DNA of 64,000 nt from Bacteroidota bacterium (GCA_013289065.1 JABDAP010000001.1:4369-68368); one strand, 5' to 3'; positions 30,341 through 40,461 are shown, counted from the stretch's first letter. Program-made: numbers and translations. The notes: a model not told the origin generated them from the sequence alone.

Positions 30341-30465
30341 AATCATTTTCCATTTATTTAAATTGATACAATAACAAATAAATTATCTTTCATAGAAGCA
30401 TCTCGGTTTTGTAATTTTATTCGCACAGTTTATTCCTGCCGGGTATTTTTTAAGAACAACGCAAA

Positions 30466-30825
30466 ATGAAACCAAAAGAGATCGTCGAAAAATGGGTTGC
30501 TGCATTTAATCAGGCTGATATAGAAGCTTTAGCAGGCCTCTATACTGATGATGCGGTCAATCACCAGGTAAATACAGACCCGCTTGAAGGGAAACAGGCA
30601 ATTAAAAAAATGTTTACCGATGAATTCGCCCATGCTGAAATGGTTTGCCTCATCGAAAATATTTTTGAAGACGGCGACTGGGCCATACTGGAATGGAAAG
30701 ACCCTAAAGGTTTAAGAGGATGCGGTTTTTTTCATATCGTAAATGATAAGATCCGCTTTCAGCGTGGGTATTGGGATCGGCTGTCTTTTTTACGGCAACA
30801 GGGGCTGCCCTTACCTACTGAATAA
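30466..30825 (+). CDS. NTF2/SnoaL-like protein
   Basis: WVAAFN..D, LYTDDAVNHQ, WAILEWKDP.GLRGCGFF, QRGYWD. Confidence 0.9.
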   Translation: MKPKEIVEKWVAAFNQADIEALAGLYTDDAVNHQVNTDPLEGKQAIKKMFTDEFAHAEMVCLIENIFEDGDWAILEWKDPKGLRGCGFFHIVNDKIRFQRGYWDRLSFLRQQGLPLPTE

Positions 30826-30841
30826 AATAATTCGCGGCATA

Positions 30842-30869
30842 TGTCCGTTTTCATTTAACTCATTTGTTA
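30842..30869 (+). promoter_or_regulatory. Possible ECF42-type promoter
   Basis: TGTCCG-N16-TTGTTA upstream of the YciI/ECF pair resembles the TGTCGA..CGTC ECF42 consensus. Confidence 0.3.
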
Positions 30870-30914
30870 TTGAGTAGTAAAACAATAATTCAATAACAAT
30901 TAAAACCTGACACA

Positions 30915-31268
30915 ATGGATGAATTCGTATTACTCATGAGACACATGGATGGCTCGAAGATCGCATCGCCTGAACAAATGCAGGCATGGATGAAACAGAC
31001 CATGGACTGGATCGGCGGCATTGCTGCGCAAAACAAATTTGTAACCGGCACAGGCCTGCCTTTTGATGATGCAAGGGTGGTAAACTCAGACAAAGTTGTA
31101 ACCAACGGCCCTTTTGGAGAGATAAAAGAAACGATCGGCGGTTACATAATTGTAAAAGCCGATTCCGTTGAAGAAGCGGTTGAATTTGCAAAAGGTTGCC
31201 CCGTTTTGCAGGGCGAAGGCAATACCGTAGAAGTAAGAAAAGTTGCCAAAAAAGATGGCGTTCATTAA
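30915..31268 (+). CDS. YciI/DGPF family protein
   Basis: VTNGPFGEIKETIGGY, AKGCP, VEVR. Confidence 0.92.
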   Translation: MDEFVLLMRHMDGSKIASPEQMQAWMKQTMDWIGGIAAQNKFVTGTGLPFDDARVVNSDKVVTNGPFGEIKETIGGYIIVKADSVEEAVEFAKGCPVLQGEGNTVEVRKVAKKDGVH

Positions 31269-31307
31269 AGATGGCAAAGCTCCGTATATTTCTACGGAGC
31301 TTTTTAT

Positions 31308-32549
31308 ATGGAACAACCCGAACTGATACCGCATCTATTCAGAACAGAGTTCAGAAAAATAGCCGCTGTTCTCTGTAAAACTTTTGGTATCGGCCATATC
31401 GAAACCGCTGAAGATATTGCCGGTGATACTTTTTTGGCAGCCATTGAAACATGGAGCTACAAAGGTTTGCCTGAAAATCCAACTGCCTGGCTTTATCTGG
31501 TGGCAAAAAATAAAGCAAGAAATTATCTGACACGCAACTCCATTTTTGCAGAAAAGATTTTTCCGCAATTAAATCAACGGGCGCCGGAGTTTGAAGAGAC
31601 CGATATCGACCTTTCTGAACAAAACATCACAGACAGCCAGCTGCAAATGCTGTTTGCCATTTGTCATCCATCTATTTCAACAGAGTCGCAGGTAGGCCTC
31701 GCATTGAGAATTCTCTGCGGGTTTGGGATCGATGAGATCGCAAATGCTTTTTTATCCAATAAAGAAACGATCGCAAAAAGATTATCGAGGGCAAAAGAAA
31801 AACTGCGGAATGAAAAAGTAAACATTGAATTTCCCCGTGAAACCGAGATCAGTAAAAGGCTGGAAGCAGTTATGGTTACTTTGTATTTGCTGTTCAGTGA
31901 AGGATATTACTCAGAGAGCCGCGATACGATACTGCGCGAGGATCTTTGTTTTGAAGCCATGCGTTTAACCCATCTGCTGATAGATAATGAACGAACCGAT
32001 CAGCCAATTGTGAATGCATTGCTTTCTTTAATGTGTTTTCATTCTTCCCGTTTCGCAGCGCGGAAAAATGAAAACGGAGAAATTATTTTATACGATGACC
32101 AGGACGAAACGCTTTGGGATCAGGAGCTGATCGCAAAAGGTGCATACTATTTAAGGCGTGCCTCGCAGGGAAATACTGTTTCGAAATATCATATTGAAGC
32201 CGGCATTGCTTACTGGCATACGGTCAAAACCGACACAAAAGAAAAATGGGAAAATATATTACAGCTGCATAATCAATTATTACAGATAGAATATTCACCT
32301 ATCGCGGCGCTTAACAGAACATTTGCATTGTCAAAAGCAAATGGCAAACCTGCGGCCATAGCGGAAGCGGAGAAATTGAATTTAGCCAACAACCATTTTT
32401 ATTTTACTTTACTTGGCGAATTATATAATGGCATCGATAATGACAAAGCAAAAGCAAATCTTGCAAAAGCATTACGCCTCGCAAAAACAAATACAGACAG
32501 GCAGACCATTCAGCAAAAGATCGATAGCTTATCTTCAAAAAAGGATTGA
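31308..32549 (+). CDS. ECF sigma factor with C-terminal TPR-like extension (ECF42-type)
   Basis: AEDI..DTF, PENPTAWL, QMLFAICHP, LALRILCGF..EIA.AF, YLLFSEGY, QDETLWD; adjacent to a DGPF gene. Confidence 0.9.
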   Translation: MEQPELIPHLFRTEFRKIAAVLCKTFGIGHIETAEDIAGDTFLAAIETWSYKGLPENPTAWLYLVAKNKARNYLTRNSIFAEKIFPQLNQRAPEFEETDIDLSEQNITDSQLQMLFAICHPSISTESQVGLALRILCGFGIDEIANAFLSNKETIAKRLSRAKEKLRNEKVNIEFPRETEISKRLEAVMVTLYLLFSEGYYSESRDTILREDLCFEAMRLTHLLIDNERTDQPIVNALLSLMCFHSSRFAARKNENGEIILYDDQDETLWDQELIAKGAYYLRRASQGNTVSKYHIEAGIAYWHTVKTDTKEKWENILQLHNQLLQIEYSPIAALNRTFALSKANGKPAAIAEAEKLNLANNHFYFTLLGELYNGIDNDKAKANLAKALRLAKTNTDRQTIQQKIDSLSSKKD

Positions 32550-32576
32550 CGGGCGATGTTCCTTAAAAAATATTTT

Positions 32577-33536
32577 ATGAAACGGTATTTATTTCTTCTT
32601 GTATCCATTCCTGTATTTTCTTTTTCGCAGACAGCTGCAATCAAAAAAGTTGATCTCGATAAAGCTGCCTATAAAATATTGCATGTTGGCATAAAACCCG
32701 ATTTTATAACAACAGATGGCGATGATGCATGGGTGATCGATGATCACCAGAACCGCATTCTTAAAATATCTTTCAAAAGCGGCCTGCCCTTGCTGGCTGT
32801 TGCTATCCCTGAAGCCGGCACTGCGCCGGTTGTTGCGTTTAACAGTGTATGGGTAATGAGCTGTACTGAAAAAAAATTATACAGGGTTGATCATACCACC
32901 GGAAAGATCATTGCAAAGATCCCGACAGGCATGGCCGATACGAATGGCGAAATGAGCCTGGCCGCAGGCGATGGTTCCATATGGCTGCTTTCAGACAGTA
33001 CCGGTGTGTTGATGCGTATTGATCCGGCAAACAATTCGATACAAAAAAAGATCGCGGTAAAACCGCATTCGTATTGTGCAGCATTTGGGTATGATGCGAT
33101 ATGGATAACCAATTATGCAACTAACAGCGTACAAAGAATTGATCCGAAAACAAACACGGTAACAGCGACTATACCTGTTGGAAAAAAACCTCGCTTTTTA
33201 ACTGTTGGCGCGAAAGCCGTGTAGACATTGAACCAGGGCGATGGAACTGTTTCAAAGATCGATGTGGTAAACAATGCAATGATTGCAACCATTGACGTGA
33301 AAGCAGTTGGCAGCGGCGGTGATATCTGCGCCGGTACAGGAAAAGTATGGGTTGTATCAACCAATATTGAAAGGCCGGTGCAAACGATCAATGCATCATC
33401 GAATAAAATAGAGGCGGTCTTTCTGCAGCACGCAACCCAGCAACCGTTTAAAGTGGATGGAGGTGCGCGGTCATCTGCCGGCTATACCTGGATCAGCGGC
33501 TATCACAGCAAAACCGTGTGGGTGATGAAGAATTGA
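32577..33536 (+). pseudogene. Secreted beta-propeller protein (YncE/Vgb-like) interrupted by an in-frame TAG
   Basis: ORFs 32556-33224 and 33228-33536 are in one frame: ...VGAKAV*TLNQGDGTVSKID; sister repeats have W at this position (SVWV, SIWL, AIWI, KVWV). Confidence 0.8.
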
Positions 33537-33603
33537 ATGACGCGGTATGCTGTTGCATTTTAATTTTTGTTTTTGTAGTTTCGGCAGCATTAACATACAT
33601 CTT

Positions 33604-33975
33604 ATGGCAACAACAAAAACAATCAACGCTATTCCTGCGGAAAAGCTTGAGTGGTATGAAAAACTTGTGGCAACCAATCCAAAGATTGAGCGCAAAGGTG
33701 CAACGGTACCGTACACTTCCTGCAATGGCCATATGTTCTCGTATCTTGAAAAAGACGGGTCGCTGGGCCTTCGGCTTCCTGAAGAAACAAAAGAAGCGTT
33801 TTTAAAAAAATACAAGACCACTTTATTTGTTTCATACGGGATCATCAAAAAGGAATATGTGCTGGTGCCCGACAAGCTTTTCAGGAATACAAAAGAATTA
33901 AAACCCTATTTCGATATCAGCTTCGCATACGTACAAACGCTGAAACCTGTGCCATCAAAGAAAAAAGCAAAATAA
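33604..33975 (+). CDS. Hypothetical protein, TfoX-N/YjbR-like
   Basis: PYTSCNGHMFS, LGLRLP, KEYVLVP. Confidence 0.7.
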   Translation: MATTKTINAIPAEKLEWYEKLVATNPKIERKGATVPYTSCNGHMFSYLEKDGSLGLRLPEETKEAFLKKYKTTLFVSYGIIKKEYVLVPDKLFRNTKELKPYFDISFAYVQTLKPVPSKKKAK

Positions 33976-34087
33976 AACGTAGCTGAAAAAAATTGCAACA
34001 GCCTTTTATGTTTTGTACGAACCGTTGAACATATATTACGCAATACAGGGTTTCAAAAATTCTTATTTTTGAATAACCCGAATAAAC

Positions 34088-34540
34088 ATGAAGAAAAGTT
34101 TACTACACAAAGAAGCGGCAGACGAAATCATTGCAAGAGTTAAAAAGCTGCAGCCCGATACCGCCAACCACTGGGGCAAAATGAATGCAACTGAAATGCT
34201 CCTGCATTGTAATATCAGCAACAAACATATTTTAGAAGATGAGATCGCTTACGAAAAGCCGGGTATCATAAAAAAAATACTCGCTTTTGTTGCGGTTAAT
34301 ATACTTCCGCAATTTCCCAAAAATAATAAAGGGCCCGCAAGAACACATACCAAGGGGTTGATCGATACCGGTAAATTTGAAGAGCAACGGCAACAATTCA
34401 TTGATCAGGTTAACGCATTTCCTGTACGCACAAAACCATTTACTTCACTGCATCCTGCTATGGGTTTTCTGAAAACAAAAGACTGGGGCGTTATTACATG
34501 GATGCATATGGATCATCATTTAAGACAGTTTGGTGTGTAA
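34088..34540 (+). CDS. DUF1569 (DinB-like) protein
   Basis: WGKMNATEMLLHC, HPAMG, HMDHHLRQFGV. Confidence 0.9.
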   Translation: MKKSLLHKEAADEIIARVKKLQPDTANHWGKMNATEMLLHCNISNKHILEDEIAYEKPGIIKKILAFVAVNILPQFPKNNKGPARTHTKGLIDTGKFEEQRQQFIDQVNAFPVRTKPFTSLHPAMGFLKTKDWGVITWMHMDHHLRQFGV

Positions 34541-34567
34541 AAAACATTTCGGTAAAATTTATACGAT

Positions 34568-35035
34568 ATGAAAGAACATCAGTACAGCACAACCGTTAAC
34601 TGGACAGGCAACACAGGAAACGGTACAAGCGATTATAAAGGATACGAAAGAAACCATACCATACAAAGCGCCGGCAAAGCGGTTATTGACGGCTCTTCCG
34701 ACCCATCTTTTCGTGGCGATAGAACCAGATACAATCCTGAAGAATTGCTGGTTGCTTCTTTATCTACCTGCCACATGCTCTGGTATCTGCATGTTTGTTC
34801 CGAAGCCGGTGTAGTGGTGGTTGCGTATACCGATCATGCAAAAGGCACTATGATAGAAACAGCCAACGGCGGCGGCCATTTTGCTGAAGTAACTTTATAT
34901 CCTTCGGTTACAGTTGCAGATGCATCGATGATCGAAAAGGCGAATGAATTACATCACAAAGCAAACAGATTTTGTTTTATTGCGAATTCCTGTAATTTTC
35001 CGGTACATCATCAGCCAACATGCAGGGTTGCATAA
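34568..35035 (+). CDS. OsmC family protein
   Basis: WTGN, DPSFRGD, NPEELLVASLSTCHMLWYL, CFIANS. Confidence 0.93.
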   Translation: MKEHQYSTTVNWTGNTGNGTSDYKGYERNHTIQSAGKAVIDGSSDPSFRGDRTRYNPEELLVASLSTCHMLWYLHVCSEAGVVVVAYTDHAKGTMIETANGGGHFAEVTLYPSVTVADASMIEKANELHHKANRFCFIANSCNFPVHHQPTCRVA

Positions 35036-35091
35036 ACTTTGCCTGCCAGGTTTGTATCAGCAAGATATCCAACAATATAAAATATCAAATC

Positions 35092-35655
35092 ATGAGAAAG
35101 CTGAAATTACAGGTACAGATGTCCATTGACGGATTTATCGCCGGCCCAAACGGTGAAATGGATTGGATGGCCTGGAACTGGGACGATGCATTGAAAAATT
35201 ACGTAAGCGAACTGACCGCATCGATGGACACGATCCTTTTGGGAAGAAAAATGGCTGGTGGTTTTATCGGGCATTGGTCCAACACGGTCAGCAATACGGA
35301 AGACCCGAGTTATGCATTTGGCAAGATCATGATGGATACACCAAAAGTTGTGTTTACCCAAACGCTCGACAGATCGGAATGGCCAAATACGGTACTCGCC
35401 AAAGGCGGCCTGGCGGAAGAAGTGAAGAAATTAAAAAACCAGGAAGGCAAAGATATCATCGTGTATGGCGGCGCTTCATTTGATGCATCGTTGATCAAAG
35501 AAGGTTTGATAGATGAGTTTCATTTGTTCATCAATCCATCGATCATTGGGAACGGGCTGTCCATTTTTAAAGAAGTTACCGACAAACAAAACCTGAAACT
35601 CGTTAAATCGATTGCATTTGATTGCGGTATTGTGGTGCTGCATTATACGTTGTAA
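35092..35655 (+). CDS. Dihydrofolate reductase-like (RibD C-terminal) protein
   Basis: MSIDGFIAGPNGEMDW, LLGRK, GKDIIVYGG, LIDEFHLFINP. Confidence 0.92.
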   Translation: MRKLKLQVQMSIDGFIAGPNGEMDWMAWNWDDALKNYVSELTASMDTILLGRKMAGGFIGHWSNTVSNTEDPSYAFGKIMMDTPKVVFTQTLDRSEWPNTVLAKGGLAEEVKKLKNQEGKDIIVYGGASFDASLIKEGLIDEFHLFINPSIIGNGLSIFKEVTDKQNLKLVKSIAFDCGIVVLHYTL

Positions 35656-35670
35656 AATTGAGCCTTGTTA

Positions 35671-35732
35671 TAAGCCGCAGATTCGCAGATTACATTGATT
35701 TTACTGGAACCAATCTGCGAATCTGCGGCTTA
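35671..35732. repeat. Palindromic REP-like element (GCAGATTC family)
   Basis: TAAGCCGCAGATTCGCAGATT, 21-bp perfect inverted repeat, arms identical to 49687-49730. Confidence 0.88.
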
Positions 35733-35844
35733 ACTTTTTCTTCCAGACGCCTATAGTGACAACGCAAAATATTTTAGCGACAATTTCTTAATCTACCTTA
35801 ACTTTTTTTCGCCGGATTATTTTTTCTTTTGCAAAAAAAAAATC

Positions 35845-36207
35845 ATGCTGATACTTATTGCCGGCCCGTATAGAAGCGGCACGAATGACGATCCAAAACT
35901 GATGCAGCAAAATCTGAACAAACTTGAATCCGCTGCATTGCCATTATTTCGAAAAGGGCATGTTCCAATGATCGGGGAATGGGTGGCTTTGCCGCTGTTG
36001 CATCTTGCCGGCTCAACAAAGCCGGGCGATGAAGCTTATGAAGAGATCCTCTACCCTGTTGCTCACCGTTTGCTTGACAAATGCGATGCAGTACTGCGTT
36101 TGGAAGGCGCTTCCAAAGGAGCAGACGAAGATGTACGGATCGCAAAAGAAAGAGGGTTGCCCGTATATTATAACCTGGAAGATGTGCCTGATATGTTAAC
36201 TGAATAA
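35845..36207 (+). CDS. DUF4406 / nucleoside 2-deoxyribosyltransferase-like protein
   Basis: ILIAGPYRSG, CDAVLRL.GASKGAD. Confidence 0.8.
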   Translation: MLILIAGPYRSGTNDDPKLMQQNLNKLESAALPLFRKGHVPMIGEWVALPLLHLAGSTKPGDEAYEEILYPVAHRLLDKCDAVLRLEGASKGADEDVRIAKERGLPVYYNLEDVPDMLTE

Positions 36208-36209
36208 TA

Positions 36210-38357
36210 TCAGTGTACAACAGCATTGCGCGCGGTTTCAACATCTTTGGCAACATCGCTGCGTAATTTTTCCCAATGAAAACGGAGCGCTTCGTTTTGT
36301 TCTTTTGTATTTCCTTTCTGTTCTGTAAAATGAACAAGCGGCATATCATTATAAATGGGCCGTGTTATGGCGATCACTTTATCCCAGAATGCCAGCGCCT
36401 TTTCCAAATGCTGTATGGCATCCTGTTTATTTTGTGCGCCGCCTTTGGTACGGTATAACTGCAGGCTTACCGCACCTTTTAATTTTTCTGAAAAATATAA
36501 TCCAAGATCTGCCCATGTTTGTATATCTGCCACTTCATACATCAGTGCATTGTTGTTAACAGCATGGATATCTTTTACCAATTCCAAAGCTTTCAGGCAA
36601 TCTTTTTCAAGCATGGCTGATAAAACAGGCGGCGTAACCTTACCGGCCGCAAATGATCCGCCTGAAGAAATGGTTTTGATATAATCTGCAACCGAAACAT
36701 AATCCGGATCAGTTGGCGGCTGATCGATCTGCCTGTCAACCGTAATATAATCAACGGTCTTATCATGCAGCGACATAAAGCCTTCGCTGTATAATGAAAA
36801 GTCCCAGGTAAAATCAAATGAAGAAGCCAGGCGTAAAGGAGTTTTACCAGCAAGTGAATTTGCTTCCAGTAAATTTTCTCCCTGTTTTCCGTAACGCCTT
36901 GTAAACTCTGCACGGAACAATGCATCCGGCGTTGCGGGATCGTATAATAATCTTCCCCATAATTTATAGAAGAGCCATTGCCGTTCAAATGCGTATTTCC
37001 AGTTAACAGTAATCCCTGTTTTTGTAAAATAATCTTTAGCGGGAATATATGTTTCGGATCCTAAACAATAACCGCCTACATAAGATTGATTATTTGTTGC
37101 TATATGCGCGCGGATAAAATCAGGTACGCCCCAACGCAAACAAAAAAAATCTTCATTACGCGCCGTCCAGGTGATCTTGTAGTTCTGTGGTTCGGGTTTA
37201 AAATACGTATCAAATAATTTACCGCCATGCACTTTAACCAATGTTGGCGTTGAATGTGCATGCGACCAGTTATATTTCAGGTCGGCCCAGATGGGTTTTT
37301 CCAGAAAATCCATTTTGCCTTCTTCATCAATTGCTTTGCGCGTTAATATTTCCGTCTCAATACTGGTTGGCCCAAGCGATCCGAGATTGCTTGAAAATGG
37401 TATGCGGTGGATCAGTTTTGATTTACGGTTTGCGAGCCGCATCCCTTCAATGATCGTTTCTTTCATCCAGTCCTCACGCTGTTGCGGATCCATGCCACCC
37501 ATGCCTTCGCCAAGTGTTAACCCAAAACCGGTAAGCTCGGGGTATTCCTGCAACACCTGTGTTACACTTTCGCGCGTGTATCTTTTAATGATGGAAGAAG
37601 TGTCGCCATTCACAAAAAAATTATGTTCCAGGTTATCCATCGCTACATGGTGCGCTTTGGCAAACGACGGGCTCACAAATATGTTGAATGGAACGAGATA
37701 AGTATCGATGCTGCGTTCTTTTGCCATTGCCATGATCGAATGAAATAATTTTTTCCATTCGTTCAGTTCTTTATCCGTAAAAGGAGAAGCTTCAGGATAA
37801 TTTTTTGCTTTGATCAGATACACATAAGGATGCAGGTTCCATAATGTAAGCGCATTAAAACGGTTCTCCGCCATCATATCAAGAAACGCTTCCCAGAAAT
37901 GAACATCCTTGCAGGTTTCCGAATGAAGGTCAAGTGCATAACTGTGGCGGTAAGTGTCCCAGGGCAGGTCAAATTTTATCGCACGGAAAGGAAGATGCGG
38001 TTGTTCATTTTCGGTTTTTATTTTCTGTAAACCGGTTCCGTTCCTGATCGATTCTGCAAGTGATAGGCTGCCATAGATCACTCCCCTCTCATCACCGCCG
38101 GTAATGGTAATCGTTTTGCCGGTTGGCAAAATGGAATACGCTTCATTTACCGCTTTGCCAGGATCAACAGTAAGAACAATCGTGTAATCAGTTTGTATTT
38201 CTTTTATTGAATATCCTTTCAGCAACAACGCTTTCCTGATCATCCGTGCTGCATATGATTGCTGTGGTGATGTGCCTGCGTATTGAATGTGCACGCTTTG
38301 CGCAAAAACAGCCCCGCAGAAAACAATGCAACAGGAAAGAAAAAATATTTTTTTCAT
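36210..38357 (-). CDS. Secreted glycoside-hydrolase-like protein (GH20/GH67-type N-domain plus probable TIM barrel)
   Basis: Signal peptide, EAYSI...ITITGGDERGVIYG, W..FLDMMAENRFNALTLW. Confidence 0.7.
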   Translation of the reverse strand: MKKIFFLSCCIVFCGAVFAQSVHIQYAGTSPQQSYAARMIRKALLLKGYSIKEIQTDYTIVLTVDPGKAVNEAYSILPTGKTITITGGDERGVIYGSLSLAESIRNGTGLQKIKTENEQPHLPFRAIKFDLPWDTYRHSYALDLHSETCKDVHFWEAFLDMMAENRFNALTLWNLHPYVYLIKAKNYPEASPFTDKELNEWKKLFHSIMAMAKERSIDTYLVPFNIFVSPSFAKAHHVAMDNLEHNFFVNGDTSSIIKRYTRESVTQVLQEYPELTGFGLTLGEGMGGMDPQQREDWMKETIIEGMRLANRKSKLIHRIPFSSNLGSLGPTSIETEILTRKAIDEEGKMDFLEKPIWADLKYNWSHAHSTPTLVKVHGGKLFDTYFKPEPQNYKITWTARNEDFFCLRWGVPDFIRAHIATNNQSYVGGYCLGSETYIPAKDYFTKTGITVNWKYAFERQWLFYKLWGRLLYDPATPDALFRAEFTRRYGKQGENLLEANSLAGKTPLRLASSFDFTWDFSLYSEGFMSLHDKTVDYITVDRQIDQPPTDPDYVSVADYIKTISSGGSFAAGKVTPPVLSAMLEKDCLKALELVKDIHAVNNNALMYEVADIQTWADLGLYFSEKLKGAVSLQLYRTKGGAQNKQDAIQHLEKALAFWDKVIAITRPIYNDMPLVHFTEQKGNTKEQNEALRFHWEKLRSDVAKDVETARNAVVH

Positions 38358-38452
38358 TGTATGATTGATGGGAGTTACCTATTCCATGCTTATAAAGATA
38401 ATATGGCTCATCTGATACAATGTAAAAAAATTCAAACTATACACCTGTTGAG

Positions 38453-38510
38453 CTCCGTGCCTCTGCGTCTCTGCGGTAAAAAATTACCCCGGAGTCGCAG
38501 AGCCGCAGAG
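38453..38510. repeat. Degenerate palindromic REP-like element (8-bp period CTCTGCG)
   Basis: ctccgtgcctctgcgtctctgcggtaa...ttaccccggagtcgcagagccgcagag. Confidence 0.7.
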
Positions 38511-38547
38511 AAATTCATTTAACTTGTTGAAAAATCAATTACCCATC

Positions 38548-38961
38548 ATGAACGGATGGAATAAATTCAGGCTGCACAAAACGTATTTATTACTAACCCT
38601 GTTGCTGTTTGTAACAGAAGTAATTATTGCCGTTTATGTACACGACAGCATCATCCGCCCTTATGGCGGCGATTTTTTAGTAGTGATCTTTATTTATTGT
38701 TTTATCAGAAGTTTCATCGATCTGCCTGTCTGGGTAACCGCCATCGCTGTTTTATTGTTTTCTTATACGATCGAGATCTTACAATATTTCAACCTGGTAA
38801 AAATGCTTGGGCTCCAGGATTCAAGGCTGGCAAGGATCGTACTGGGCACTTCGTTTGCGTGGACAGACCTCGTAGCTTATACATTGGGAATTATTCTGGT
38901 GCTATGGGCCGAAAAAATGATTGCTGCAAAACAACATGCCAAAACAATGGATGCTGAATGA
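38548..38961 (+). CDS. DUF2809 membrane protein
   Basis: IRPYGGDFLVV, IEILQY, VLGTSFAWTDL.AY. Confidence 0.9.
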   Translation: MNGWNKFRLHKTYLLLTLLLFVTEVIIAVYVHDSIIRPYGGDFLVVIFIYCFIRSFIDLPVWVTAIAVLLFSYTIEILQYFNLVKMLGLQDSRLARIVLGTSFAWTDLVAYTLGIILVLWAEKMIAAKQHAKTMDAE

Positions 38962-39368
38962 AGCAGGATGCAATAAAAATAAAATCTCTCGTCCAGCTAT
39001 TCGAATTGCTCCCGGAAAATGAGCGCATCATTGTGGATGTACTGAGACAGATCATTCTGGAAAATTTACCAGAGCGCTGCAAAGAAAAAATATCCTATAA
39101 CGTTCCTTTCTTTTATGGCAACAAAAGCATTTGTTTGATCTGGCCGTCAACCGTTCCGCGCGGCGGGATCAAAAAAGGGGTGATGCTGGCATTCTGGTAT
39201 GGCAACAGGCTCAGGGATGTTGATCAGTACCTTACCCACGGAAACAACAAACAGATCTTTTATAAAATATTTTTCACTCCCGAAGAAATTGATGAAACCG
39301 GTATAGTAAAAATATTGAAAGAAGCTTTGCGGATTGACAACCTTTTTACAGGGAACAAAAAGAAATAA
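38958..39368 (+). CDS. DUF1801 family protein
   Basis: LRQIIL, EKISYNVPFF, ICLIWP, F.YGNRL.D. Confidence 0.8.
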   Translation: MKQDAIKIKSLVQLFELLPENERIIVDVLRQIILENLPERCKEKISYNVPFFYGNKSICLIWPSTVPRGGIKKGVMLAFWYGNRLRDVDQYLTHGNNKQIFYKIFFTPEEIDETGIVKILKEALRIDNLFTGNKKK

Positions 39369-39453
39369 TCGCGCTGAGGGGATGTAATAAAAAACAGCGG
39401 TTTCAGTAACTTTACTATACTTCTTAAAAATCATTTTCTAAAATCTTTATTTT

Positions 39454-39885
39454 ATGAGTGACGGGCCTTTTATTATTGAGCGTATATTTAACGCACCGGT
39501 ATCAACCGTATGGAAAGCCATAACAGATAATGCGGAAATGAAAAAATGGTATTTCAACATTGCGGATTTTAAACCGGAAATCGGTTTTGAATTCAATTTT
39601 GCAGCCGGCGACAGCAAAAAAACCTATGTACATCTTTGCAAAGTGACCGGAGCGATCCCCGAAAAAAAATTAAGTTATACCTGGCGCTACGAAGGCTACG
39701 AAGGAAATTCAGAAGTAATATTTGAATTATTTCCTGAGGGCGATAAAACAAAGCTGGTACTTACGCATGCCGGGCTGGAAACTTTTCCATCGGATCCTTC
39801 TTTTGCAAAAGAAAATTTCGCGAAAGGCTGGGCACATATTATTGGCGCTTCATTGAAAAATTTTGTTGAAGGTGTGAATGCGTAA
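39454..39885 (+). CDS. SRPBCC/AHSA1 domain protein
   Basis: FNAPVSTVWKAIT..EMKKWYF, LSYTWRY, LTHAGLETF, GW. Confidence 0.92.
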   Translation: MSDGPFIIERIFNAPVSTVWKAITDNAEMKKWYFNIADFKPEIGFEFNFAAGDSKKTYVHLCKVTGAIPEKKLSYTWRYEGYEGNSEVIFELFPEGDKTKLVLTHAGLETFPSDPSFAKENFAKGWAHIIGASLKNFVEGVNA

Positions 39886-40041
39886 ACGTGATCGTTGTTT
39901 TGTTATACGGTTTTCTTATATTTAATTGACCATAAGTCCATGGACCATGGTCTATGAACAATCAATGGAAACGGAGTAACTAAATTGACACAGAAAATTG
40001 ATTTATTGAAAGAAGAAACAATCAATGCAGCCATTAGAAAT

Positions 40042-40251
40042 ATGGTAGAGATTTTTAAAACCAATGTCCAACAACCCGACGAATCAAAAATGATCGTGGA
40101 GAAATTGCTGGTACATTATCCTGCAAACAAGATCAATTTCGACCTCTCCGATTGCGACAGGATCCTGCGCGTGGAAGGAGAGGCTATATGCCCTGAAACA
40201 ATTGTAGCGCTTGTAACGGCAAAAGGCTTCCATTGCGAAGTTTTGTTCTGA
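40042..40251 (+). CDS. Small ferredoxin/HMA-like fold hypothetical protein
   Basis: MVEIFKTNV...NFDLSDCDRILRV...GFHCEVL. Confidence 0.75.
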   Translation: MVEIFKTNVQQPDESKMIVEKLLVHYPANKINFDLSDCDRILRVEGEAICPETIVALVTAKGFHCEVLF

Positions 40252-40262
40252 TGTAGCTTAAT

Positions 40263-40355
40263 CACTGCGCCCCGCGCCTTGCGTGCATTTTTTTCATGCC
40301 AAGGCGCAGAGGCGCAGTGTTGATTTGTTTTGAATTTTCAAACTGAAACACTACT
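40263..40355. mobile_element. MITE/REP-like element, inverted homologue of 5658-5794
   Basis: Hairpin plus GAATTTTCAAACTGAAACACTACT flank. Confidence 0.65.
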
Positions 40356-40461
40356 AAAAATCCCTCTATTGGTGATTTTGTTTTCAGGTAATTTATTGCG
40401 CAGGCTTTAGTAACTTTAACCCTACTCAATTATTATGATACCTGTATTCAAACTCATTCCT

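Noticed and set aside
33222-33224. Amber recoding (pyrrolysine or alternative genetic code)
   Set aside because: TAG ends other genes normally (e.g. ispH, mgtA), the position corresponds to Trp, and no pyl genes are present.
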